64,000 nucleotides of DNA from assembly GCA_963793885.1 (NCBI GenBank), contig CAWCBQ010000003.1, forward strand, positions 974,456-1,038,455. Direction: 5' to 3'. Positions 10,441 through 19,211 of the stretch are shown piece by piece. This stretch comes from an uncultured Acidobacteriaceae bacterium (lineage in GTDB: Bacteria > Acidobacteriota > Terriglobia > Terriglobales > Acidobacteriaceae). Each line of letters starts with the position of its first letter. The first letter of the stretch is position 1. The notes below the pieces were generated by a model, which did not search any database, was not told the DNA's origin, and saw nothing but the letters and a program-made list of their open reading frames with translations. The position numbers and the translations under genes were made by a program.

Positions 10441-11863
10441 TTAGCTCATCTTCCACGGTGCCCGGTATTCGCGGGTCATCAGCTTGCTGGCTTCGCGATC
10501 GCCGATGATCTTTTCTTCCTTCACGTCCCAGCGGATCTTTCTTCCCGGTAAGCATGGAGATCAGGCAAAGGTGTCCGGGAATCGCCGAGTGATGCCCCAC
10601 TTCCACCGGCGTAATGGTGGGTTGGCGGGTTCTTGATGCAGTCCAGGAAGTTCTGCTGGTGATTGTCAGAGATGTAGAGCTTCACCTTGCGCAGTTCCCT
10701 GGGCAGGTACTTGCCCTGCTTCCAGGCGGGATTCGAGGCGTCCAAATCCATCGCGATCCACCCACACCCAGCCTTCCGTGCCGATCCACTTCACGCCGCC
10801 CTTGATGTCGGGATAGCCGCCGGCGATGGTCATGGTGATGCCCTGCGGATACTTCAATTCAAACCGGTATTTTGGCGCGGTGTTCCAAACCGCCTTGGCT
10901 GGCGGCAGTTCGCCGCTGCCTTCAACCTCAGACGGACCGGAGTTGTCGAAGCCCAGGCCCCAGTGCGCGATGTCGCAATGATGGCCGATCCAGTCCATAA
11001 GCTGACCGCCGCCGGTGTTGTAATTCCAGCGCCAGGATTTATGGGAGCGCGCCTTGATGTAGGGCTCCATCCTGGACGGGCCGACCCATGTCTCGTAATC
11101 CAACTCCGGCGGAGGATCGATAGACCAGCAGGTCCCAGGCCTTGGAGCCGGGCAAAACCTGCTCCAGGCTGGCGACCGTGACGCCCTGGGCAGCCAGCTT
11201 GGCCAGCGCTTCTTTTTGTACGCCGTCAAAATCCGAGTTGCCGCCGGGCAGGCCGACTTCCACATGGGTCACCGTGCCGATCAGCCCGTTGCGGACGATC
11301 TCCGCGGCCTTATGAAAGGTGGGAACCGAGCGCTGCCATGAGCCCATCTGCCAGATGATGCCGTTCTCCTGGACTGCGCGCACAATGGATTGCTGTTCGG
11401 CGATGGTGTGCGCGAGGGGCTTTTCGGAGTAGATGTCTTTCTTGCGGCGCGCAGCTTCGGTGGCGACGATCTCATGCCAATGGTCGGGCACCGCGATCAT
11501 CACGGCATCGATGTCGTCGCGGGCAAGCAGCTCCCGATAATCGTGATAGCCTTTGCAATCCTGGGTCCCATAATTGTCGTTAATCATCTTGACCGCGGCC
11601 TGCAGATGATTCGCGTCGATATCGCACGCCGCCACCACCTGGCAATCATCCGACGCCAAGAAGGACTTCGTATTGTCGGGCCCCTGCCAGCCCATGCCGA
11701 TCACGCCAAGATTGATGCGATTGTTGGGAGAAGGTGTCGAGCTCTGCGCGGCGCCGAGGCGAGGCAGGATGGTAGGCAGGATCGCTGCCGATCCGGCAGT
11801 CTTCAGAAAATCGCGGCGATTGAATCGAGAACGATTGGAGTGAGAAACGAGTCGTATGGACAT
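10441..11863 (-). pseudogene. Tat-signal Gfo/Idh/MocA family oxidoreductase, 4 frameshifts
   Basis: Starts MSIRLVSHSNRSRFNRRDFLKTAGSAAIL (ATG 11863) with GVIGMGWQG, AVPDHWH, EKPL. It continues through ORFs 10666-11265, 10521-10751 and 10364-10606, then a final frame ending ...[22 protein letters not shown] at 10441-10443. Confidence 0.7.
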
Positions 11864-12234
11864 GACCCATCGTGTATACCACCTTACCCATCTGACCGGC
11901 AAGGGTAAATCGGTTTTGGCGAGATGCTCGAAATAAAACTCCATCAAGGCGGAAGCAATAACCATCTCGATTCTCTTACTCATACGGCGCCGGGACGGCG
12001 CGAGGATAGTCCATCGATCGCTTGCAGAGTTGTGCTGGCCGCGTAACAATGCTGGGAAGCTTTACGGCTACATCGAATCGACTCTCAACAAGAGGCGATC
12101 CCCATTCAAGAAACGGGAGAATGTGGGACCGAAACGAACAGTGATCGAGCTGCGGCGTCACCTGAAGTACCTTTGAGTATTCGGATACCAGGCAGGCTGC
12201 TGTCGCGCGGGGGCTTGTGCGCGAGCGAGGAATT

Positions 12235-13581
12235 ATGAAACAGACACGTCGATCGTTTCTGGGCGCGGCATGCGCGACAGGACTTGCACTGCAACTTCGG
12301 CCGTCATTTGCATTGCCGGCATCCATTGACCGCTTTCGCTGGCAGCGCGAAGCCAAGTTCGGCATGTTCATTCACTGGGGCCCCTATTCGCTTGCGGGCG
12401 TAGAGGCATCCTGGCCGATCCTGACGGGTTCGAGCGAAATAACGGAGGCGGAGTATCGCGCCCTACCGGCGCGCTTTAACCCGGTGAAATTCGATCCCCA
12501 TGCATGGATCGATCTGGCGCGGAAGGCCGGACAGCGCTACATGGTGTTCACCACAAAGCACCACGATGGATTTTGCATGTTCGACTCGAACTACACGAAC
12601 TACAAGATCACGAACACGCCCTATGGCAAGGACATTACGCGAGAGTTAGCGAACGCCTGCAACGAGGAGCGGATGGCTCTGGGCTTCTACTACTCGCCAC
12701 CGGACATGAATCACCCCGCGTATCGGGATACTTCGAAGCCTTCAACGAGCAATTATCGAGGTGAGCCGGAGCGGCCGGAGTGGCCGCTGTATCTCGACTA
12801 CATGGGGCTGCAAGTGGATGAATTGTTGACTCACTACGGGCCAGTGGCCGAAATGTGGTTTGACTCCGTGGATATGAGCGTGCAGGCAGAGTACGACGGG
12901 CAGCGGTTTCTGGACCAGGTCCGGCACCTGCAACCGCAGACGCTGGTCAACAACCGGCTTGGCGTTCCCGCCGACTTTGTTACACCGGAACAGTTCATTC
13001 CCAAGGCGATTCCAGTCAAGGGCATCCGGATGGATAGCCCCGACCATAGCGCAGCGGACGCAATGGCTGTAACCGTGCCGCGGCCTGATGAATTTCAGCC
13101 GTGGGAAACCTGCATGACCATCAATGGGACCTGGGCGTATCGGCCGAAGGATCGCGATTTCAAGAGCGCAGATACGCTAATTCGCGATCTGATTGAGGTG
13201 GTTAGCCGTGGCGGGAATTTTCTGCTCGACGTAGGTCCGCAGCCTGATGGCCGGATTCAGCCGGAGTTTGCGGAGCGGCTGGAGTCGGTGGGCAAGTGGG
13301 TGCAGGCCCATGGGAATGCCATCTACGGGAGCACGTACGGCCCGATTCAGGGCCAGAACCAGTACCGCACCACGTCGCGTGGCGGCTTCACGTATGTCTT
13401 CGTGATGGATCCGGCGGCCGCGGAGATTCACTTGAAGGGCATGCCGGCAGGGGCGATGCGCGCGCGACTGCTGGACAGTGGGAGGCCGCTGCCTCTGGCT
13501 TCGACCGCGCAGGGATTGCGGATCGCGCTGACAAAAGACGCCTGGGCGAAAGGCATTCCAGTGATCGAGGTGGGGAGCTAG
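12235..13581 (+). CDS. alpha-L-fucosidase (GH29) with Tat-type signal
   Basis: MKQTRRSFLGAACATGLAL leader after a GAGG RBS. FGMFIHWGPYS, YMVFTTKHHDGFCMFDS, YYSPPD and FLLDVGP are GH29 hallmarks. Confidence 0.85.
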   Translation: MKQTRRSFLGAACATGLALQLRPSFALPASIDRFRWQREAKFGMFIHWGPYSLAGVEASWPILTGSSEITEAEYRALPARFNPVKFDPHAWIDLARKAGQRYMVFTTKHHDGFCMFDSNYTNYKITNTPYGKDITRELANACNEERMALGFYYSPPDMNHPAYRDTSKPSTSNYRGEPERPEWPLYLDYMGLQVDELLTHYGPVAEMWFDSVDMSVQAEYDGQRFLDQVRHLQPQTLVNNRLGVPADFVTPEQFIPKAIPVKGIRMDSPDHSAADAMAVTVPRPDEFQPWETCMTINGTWAYRPKDRDFKSADTLIRDLIEVVSRGGNFLLDVGPQPDGRIQPEFAERLESVGKWVQAHGNAIYGSTYGPIQGQNQYRTTSRGGFTYVFVMDPAAAEIHLKGMPAGAMRARLLDSGRPLPLASTAQGLRIALTKDAWAKGIPVIEVGS

Positions 13582-13602
13582 TTGGAGGCTCGCCGCAAGC
13601 CG

Positions 13603-13623
13603 GGTTGAGGTTGATCCTCAACC
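13603..13623. terminator. short hairpin between convergent genes
   Basis: ggttgagg-ttgat-cctcaacc (8 bp stem) between the fucosidase stop (13581) and the stop of the minus-strand gene (13652). No clear U-tract. Confidence 0.3.
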
Positions 13624-13651
13624 ATCAATGCATTCATGCGCGATGGGGGCA

Positions 13652-14536
13652 TCAATGCGCGATGGGGGGCGCGGAGACTGGCGCTACGACCAGCTTTGGG
13701 GAGACGGCTACGGTGGTCACTCCCGGAATGGCGGCGGATGCCACCTTGCCGCGGCCTTCCGCAGTGGAGCTGGTGAGGCCGGGAATTCCCACTGGCGCCA
13801 CTTTGCCAACGGCTCCGGCATGTGAACCGCTTCCGCTGGCGAGCGCCGTGGAGCCGACTGTTCTGCGAGTTGACACGGTTCCGGAGCGTTTGGGGCGATA
13901 AGGAGCATTGTTCGTGGTCATCGTTGCCGAGATCGTGGGAGTGGCAGGAGCTGCCGAATCATGGGGTTGTGCCGGCGCGAAAAAGGAGTGGGAGCCTGGA
14001 TCGGGCATGACGGCCATCAGCGATGAGCTGGTTTGCGCGGCCGGAGCGGAAGCACGGCCGGCTGCCCTTGCGATCGTCCTGGGAGCGGGGGCCGGGGCAG
14101 CCTTGACCACCTTTGTGGACTGCTTCGGGGCTGGAACAACGACGTTGGCCGGCTTGAATGCCGACGGCTTTGCCGGGGTGACGACCGGGCTAGACGCATT
14201 GAGGGATGGGATGGGAGACGGCTTGGCGATGGTCTGATCCGGGGTCTGGACCGGCTTCAGTTCCGGTGTCGAATCCAAATTTGACTCCAGCTTTGGAGCT
14301 GTGATCTTGGGCGGATCGACCAGCTTGGCCTGGACGGGCCGCTTTGTCTCCATGCCCACGAGCAGGGCTCCGACGAGAACGACGACGGCAATGGCGGCGC
14401 TGGTTACCAGCGTTGAGGACCGGCCCTCCAGCTCAGGCAACAAACCAAAGCTGGCCAGTCCCGGGGTGGGAGTCAAGGAGGTGTCTTCAGCGTTCGAATC
14501 AGGCAATAAGGGCGTCACAGAAGTGAATCTCCACAA
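13652..14536 (-). CDS. TonB-like membrane-anchored Pro/Ala-rich protein lacking a TonB C-terminal domain (paralog 1)
   Basis: GLLPELEG, then one TM (LVTSAAIAVVVLVGALLV), a long P/A/K-rich linker, and two C-terminal repeats (GKVAPVGIPGLT, GKVASAAIPGVT). Paralogous to 16911-17873. Confidence 0.5.
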   Translation of the reverse strand: MWRFTSVTPLLPDSNAEDTSLTPTPGLASFGLLPELEGRSSTLVTSAAIAVVVLVGALLVGMETKRPVQAKLVDPPKITAPKLESNLDSTPELKPVQTPDQTIAKPSPIPSLNASSPVVTPAKPSAFKPANVVVPAPKQSTKVVKAAPAPAPRTIARAAGRASAPAAQTSSSLMAVMPDPGSHSFFAPAQPHDSAAPATPTISATMTTNNAPYRPKRSGTVSTRRTVGSTALASGSGSHAGAVGKVAPVGIPGLTSSTAEGRGKVASAAIPGVTTVAVSPKLVVAPVSAPPIAH

Positions 14537-14790
14537 GACAGGTTAAGTGTCCACATACTAACTTGGGGGAGCCCATGGGCGACCCGGCAATATTTTGCCG
14601 GGAGTCTAGTGTAGCGCAGCTTGTGAAGAAAGCAACAGTTATAGGGCAAGCCGGATTAGAGAGTTTTTATAGGAGCAACAAATTCGAGGGGGGGTACGGA
14701 GCCGCGCCGAGGCACCCGCGAGGCGCAGGGAAAAGAACCCATGCTTAACATAATAAGCAGGTTAGAGGGTTAGAACTGGAGAAAATGCGG

Positions 14791-16524
14791 TTACTGCTGA
14801 GTTGCGTGTGCTGCAAACCACTTGGAGGCGCGATCCTGAGCCTGCATTAATTGGTTGGGCGAGAGCTTTTCGGCGGCTTCATCGCGGCTTCTGGCAAATC
14901 TCTCGTGAGTGTCTCCTGAACTTGAAGCCGTGGCGAGGTTCAGCCAGAAGTAGGCTTGGCCGTAGTCCTGGGGGATTTTTTTGCCTGATTCGTATAACAG
15001 GCCAAGGTCGTGCTGGGCCTTCGAATTTCCCTGGTCTGCCGCCTTGCGGTACCAGGCCGCAGCCTGTGCCATGTCCTGGGGCACGCCGTGGCCTTCCTGA
15101 TAAAGGCGGGCGAGAGTTGACTCCGCGCCAGGGTCTCCCTGCTCGGCGGCCTTCTTGAGCCAGGCGGCGGCCTGTCCGTAGTTGAGCGGAACGCCGTGAC
15201 CTTGAGAGTAGAGTTGACCGAGGCTGAGCTCCGCGCCAAGATTTCCCTGGTCTGCGGCCTTGTGATACCAGGCGGCTGCCTGCGCATTGTCTTTTGTGAC
15301 GCCGTGCGCCTGCTCGTAGAGCGCACCGAGCCGGTACTGGGCATCGGCCAGACCCTGGTCAGCGGCCTTGTGATACCAGGCGGCTGCCTGACCGTAGTCC
15401 TGCTGCGTGCCGTGCGCTTGTTCATACAAGAGGCCCAGATTGTACTGCGCGTTTGCGTTTCCCTGTTCAGCTGCTCTGCGATACCAGGACGCGGCCTGCG
15501 CATAATCCTGCTGCACGCCATGGCCATCTTTATAGTCAAAGGCGAGATTGTCCTGGGCGTTGGCGTTTCCCTGTTCGGCAGCCTTGCGATACCAAGCGGC
15601 AGCTTCAGCGGGGTCCTGGGTTACGCCGTGCCCGTCGTCGAAGAGCTGGCCCAGATTGAACTGTGCATTCGCGTCTCCCTGCTCAGCCGCCTTACGGTAC
15701 CAGAGGGCGGCTTGCGAGTAGTCTTTGGACACGCCATGGCCTGAGCTGTAAAAACCGGCAAGAGCCGCTTCGGCGGAGGTATTTCCCTGCTCTGCCGCCT
15801 TCTGATACCACGATGCAGCCTGGGTAAAGTCCTGGGGCACGCCCTGGCCGGTGTCGTAAAACTGTCCTAGGTTGATCTGGGCAATGGCCAGGCCCTGGTC
15901 TGCAGCCCTGCGGATCCAGTCTGCGGCAATGGCGTAATCCTGCGGCACGCCGTGGCCGAAATGGTAAAGGACGCCGAGGTTGAATTTTGCGGTAGCATCG
16001 CCTTCATCGGCTGCCTTGCGATCCCAAAAGAGTGCTTGGGAGTAGTCCTGCGGAACTCCCTGGCCGTAGTCGTAGAGCACGGCCAGGGCACACTGACCTT
16101 CGGCGTTGCCTTGTTCGGCGGCCTTGCGGAACCAGACGGCGGCCTGCGCGTAATCCTGCTTGACGCCTTTGCCGGAGCTGTAGGCGTAGCCGACCAGGAA
16201 CTGGGAAGCGGCGTCTCCGGCGGCGGCCTTGGCCAGCAGGGCCGAGTCAAGGCCCACGACCTGCTGGGCCTGGGCCGCGGCAAGGAACAGGCCGGAGACG
16301 AGCAGTGCGACGAGAACCGAGGAAACTGCGACGATGCGGCATGCAGGTGCGATTAAGCGGGACCTGAAGCGCTGCGTAGTCTTGGGTGAGCTGTCAAGGA
16401 TGGGTACAACTTCGCGCGTCGCTTTAGAGTTGTTCAAGCCGCCCTGCAAAGCCGCAATCGCTATCTCAATGCCTTGCATAGGACTTACTCCCTGCTTCTT
16501 GATTCTTCCCCAAGTCAATTTCAA
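14791..16524 (-). CDS. Sel1-like (SLR/TPR) repeat protein, about 13 tandem 36-aa repeats, N-terminal membrane anchor or signal
   Basis: Repeated A-x-WYRKAAEQGNA-x-AQ-x-NLG-x-LY-x-x-GHGV-x-QDY-x-QA units through almost the whole protein. Hydrophobic segment IVAVSSVLVALLVSGLFLAAA near the N-terminus. Confidence 0.9.
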   Translation of the reverse strand: MKLTWGRIKKQGVSPMQGIEIAIAALQGGLNNSKATREVVPILDSSPKTTQRFRSRLIAPACRIVAVSSVLVALLVSGLFLAAAQAQQVVGLDSALLAKAAAGDAASQFLVGYAYSSGKGVKQDYAQAAVWFRKAAEQGNAEGQCALAVLYDYGQGVPQDYSQALFWDRKAADEGDATAKFNLGVLYHFGHGVPQDYAIAADWIRRAADQGLAIAQINLGQFYDTGQGVPQDFTQAASWYQKAAEQGNTSAEAALAGFYSSGHGVSKDYSQAALWYRKAAEQGDANAQFNLGQLFDDGHGVTQDPAEAAAWYRKAAEQGNANAQDNLAFDYKDGHGVQQDYAQAASWYRRAAEQGNANAQYNLGLLYEQAHGTQQDYGQAAAWYHKAADQGLADAQYRLGALYEQAHGVTKDNAQAAAWYHKAADQGNLGAELSLGQLYSQGHGVPLNYGQAAAWLKKAAEQGDPGAESTLARLYQEGHGVPQDMAQAAAWYRKAADQGNSKAQHDLGLLYESGKKIPQDYGQAYFWLNLATASSSGDTHERFARSRDEAAEKLSPNQLMQAQDRASKWFAAHATQQ

Positions 16525-16910
16525 TCTCCGTTTTTCTAAAACGAATTCAGGAGAGGACAGATGCGCAACAGATTATACAAGTCTCTTGTTGGTTTGCAAG
16601 TACTTACAAACACTCCGAGGCTGCAGGCTCAATAGACTCTACCGGGCGTCGTCGCCCCTGGAAGGACAATGCGCCACGGGACCGCTCTCTGGCCGGTAAA
16701 GCTCGTCATGGCCAGCAGGCGGCAGGAGAATCGATCAGCTCATAATTTGTAGCACATCCTGTGCAAAAACCGAAGATAATTCAACAAATCGAACGGCTCG
16801 GACCGGGGAGATGGGCCGGGTTGGATGAGAGGTCGGGGCACACAACCCGACCTGCGCCTTGCCGAGGCGGCTCACTCGACTGCTGGAAAAAGGACGGAGA
16901 GGGTCAGGCT

Positions 16911-17873
16911 CTAGCTGGCGGGAGTTGCCGGTGTCTTCTGCGGAAGGGGCTTGGAAAGCAGCTCGATGCCTGTAGGAGCTGGGGCCTTCTTTGGAGACGT
17001 GCCTGATCTGGTCATCCCAGGAATGCCTGTGGAGGCCACTTTGCCGTACCTGCCTGACGGAGGTGCGCCGGTTACTCCCGGAATTGCCGCGGGGGCGACC
17101 TTGCCTAAATTCTTGATGGGGACAGCACCGCCAGCGCCGGGAATAGAGATTGGCGCTACTTTGCGGGCGGGGACGGCAAGCTTACGGGGCGCTGCCCTAT
17201 GCGGCATTGCGAGACTGGACGCGAGTATGGGCTGCTTGACGCCGCTCGGAGAAGTACCGATCGTGACCTCGCTCGCGGACCGGTTGACCATGGCGATGGA
17301 CACGGCGCTGGAGTGCGGGCTCAGATGGGCAAGCGCGGCAGGGATCTGGGAAGGCGGAACTTGGGATGGGGGCTCGGGCATGAGAAGCATGAGAGCCGTC
17401 TTCGGTGCATCGTACGTGGTTACGCTGGGCCGGACGGCCTTGACCGCGGACGCGGGCGCCTGCGCCGGCCTCGCATGGGTCTGATTCAACTGAAACTCCG
17501 GCGCCAGCTCGAAAGCGGGTGGGGGTTTGACCTCAACGATCGGCAGGTCGATTCTGAGCGGAGCTTCGATTTTGGGTTGCCGAGGCATCATGACATTCAT
17601 TCCGTTCAGGACGGTGACGGCCAGAAGAATGGAGAGGATGGCGGCACAACGGGCAAACCATTCGCGGTGCCCCCCGAGTTCAGGCAGGAATCCCGGGCTG
17701 ATGATGGTGGGGGAGTAGTCTTGCGGCATGGTCTCAGTCCTCGTGATGCGGCCAGTCCGGACAGGCGAGCAACTTCTGCAGCGAGGGCAGATATCTGCAT
17801 CCGATAGCGATTCCAGCAACGCCCAGGGAGAAGCGTCTTGTGCATCGGGCAGTTGAATTCTGAAATCGGTCAT
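16911..17873 (-). CDS. TonB-like membrane-anchored Pro-rich protein lacking a TonB C-terminal domain (paralog 2)
   Basis: GFLPELGG, then a TM (AAILSILLAVTVL), a Pro-rich linker, and three repeats (RKVAPISIPG, GKVAPAAIPGVT, GKVASTGIPGMT). The true start may be the internal ATG at 17729 (MPQDYSP...). Confidence 0.5.
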   Translation of the reverse strand: MTDFRIQLPDAQDASPWALLESLSDADICPRCRSCSPVRTGRITRTETMPQDYSPTIISPGFLPELGGHREWFARCAAILSILLAVTVLNGMNVMMPRQPKIEAPLRIDLPIVEVKPPPAFELAPEFQLNQTHARPAQAPASAVKAVRPSVTTYDAPKTALMLLMPEPPSQVPPSQIPAALAHLSPHSSAVSIAMVNRSASEVTIGTSPSGVKQPILASSLAMPHRAAPRKLAVPARKVAPISIPGAGGAVPIKNLGKVAPAAIPGVTGAPPSGRYGKVASTGIPGMTRSGTSPKKAPAPTGIELLSKPLPQKTPATPAS

Positions 17874-18091
17874 TCACGCCTGACTCCCTGCGCATCCTGG
17901 TGGAATTCAACAACGATGCCTTGAGTTGAAGCCACGCATGTGTCTCAGCCAACAACGTTTCAGCTCAAGAGTACCTGCCTGCGAAACGGGATCAAGTACC
18001 TATCTTGGTGCTGTACCAAGACGCTAAACAAGAGTTGGCGGGGCTGGCGGAGTTGGTGGGGTTAGCGGAGTTTGGGCTGGGAACACGGTTC

Positions 18092-18160
18092 CGCCTCTCG
18101 CGATGAAACTGCGAGAGGCTTCGGCCAGGATGTCAATATTTTATTTATCAGTTACTTACA
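18092..18160 (+). repeat. dispersed intergenic hairpin repeat, copy 1
   Basis: cgcctctcgc-gatgaaact-gcgagaggcttcg... has an 8 bp stem (18094-18101 / 18111-18118). The first 32 nt differ by one base from the copy at 19100, and similarity continues for about 70 nt. Confidence 0.5.
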
Positions 18161-18227
18161 TGTGATCCGAAGATGAATGGCTACAGGGCATCGACGGCCC
18201 ATCGTTCGCGAGGGGCATTCAAGGAAA

Positions 18228-18521
18228 CTACTGGGGCAAGCCGGCTGCCTGGCATTCCTGGTGGCGAATGCCCACCCACTTCTGATAGTTCGGCTGATCG
18301 CTGGCCTGGACGTAGGCCGAAGCGACAAAGCCAGCCTGGACGCAGCGATCGGTCTGGGAGCCGGCCTTGACGGCCAACTGGTATTCGGCTACCTGATCAT
18401 TGACAACTTTGCTGGGGACAGTCTGGGTGTGGGAACTGGCGAAGGAAATGTCAATAAGCCGAGCCGTAGAAAAGCTGACTAAAACGAGGCCGACCATCAA
18501 AGCCCACCTTCTAAACTTCAT
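18228..18521 (-). CDS. small exported hypothetical protein (97 aa)
   Basis: Strong RBS (GAGGAG 6 nt before the ATG) and signal/anchor MKFRRWALMVGLVLVSFSTA. No recognisable family. Confidence 0.5.
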   Translation of the reverse strand: MKFRRWALMVGLVLVSFSTARLIDISFASSHTQTVPSKVVNDQVAEYQLAVKAGSQTDRCVQAGFVASAYVQASDQPNYQKWVGIRHQECQAAGLPQ

Positions 18522-19099
18522 GCTATCTCCTCAATATTCGGCCAATGCGGGCCGCAGGAATTTTGTGACGGTACGAATGCTGACAGAGGCGCACTCCGAC
18601 TGAGGCGCTTACCGATCGCCGGCCAGAAATTCAATGCTGCGCAGAACCCCAGAACCCACGTTCACTAAACAGTAGGAAAAAACAATCAGGGCCACAATTC
18701 CACCAAAGTGGGATGGTTACTGACTTCGGAGATTCGGCCTTGGCGCCAACCACAGAGCGGGAGTCGCGAGGCAGATGGCGGCTATCGGCAGGTTTGCCGA
18801 AGCAGTTCCGAGTTGAAGATTGTCGGGCGCACGTGCCGCGGGTCTGCAACCCGGGATGTGCTAGTCATTCGGCGTGCCACAGGGGCCATGCGGGGTTAGG
18901 GCCGTTTAGGAAATATGGTGAAATTTTTGAGATCTCTCAAAGCGGGCTGTCCTAGTCTGCGCTGTTGCCTGATCTGCTGGGAGCTCTAAGGATGGAGTGA
19001 TGGGAAAAGCTGGAGTCGGAGGTGATATGCAGGCGGGTTTGGTTCTTGCCAGGGTCGCGGAGGACAAACAATTAAGAGCAACCGCAGATCTTTCGAATG

Positions 19100-19170
19100 C
19101 GCCTCTCGCGATGAAGCTGCGAGAGGCTTCGCTCAAGATGACAACTTATTTGTTGATCAACTGCTTAACA
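19100..19170 (+). repeat. dispersed intergenic hairpin repeat, copy 2
   Basis: cgcctctcgc-gatgaagct-gcgagaggcttcgctcaagatg..., same orientation as copy 1. It also contains the palindrome gttgatcaac. Confidence 0.5.
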
Positions 19171-19211
19171 AGGAAGCAGATTTTGGTGCGGCCTGGATCA
19201 ATGATTTCATG

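Noticed and set aside
14791-16524. Regular ~108-bp DNA periodicity that could be mistaken for a repeat array or CRISPR
   Set aside because: The period is the 36-codon Sel1 repeat of a continuous ORF. There are no spacer-like unique segments, and the repeats are diverged at synonymous positions.
17729-17873. CPRCRSC motif in the N-terminal extension of the TonB-like paralog 2 as a zinc ribbon
   Set aside because: The extension is probably untranslated. An internal ATG at 17729 gives an N-terminus colinear with paralog 1, and the Cys-rich stretch has only one CxxC pair.
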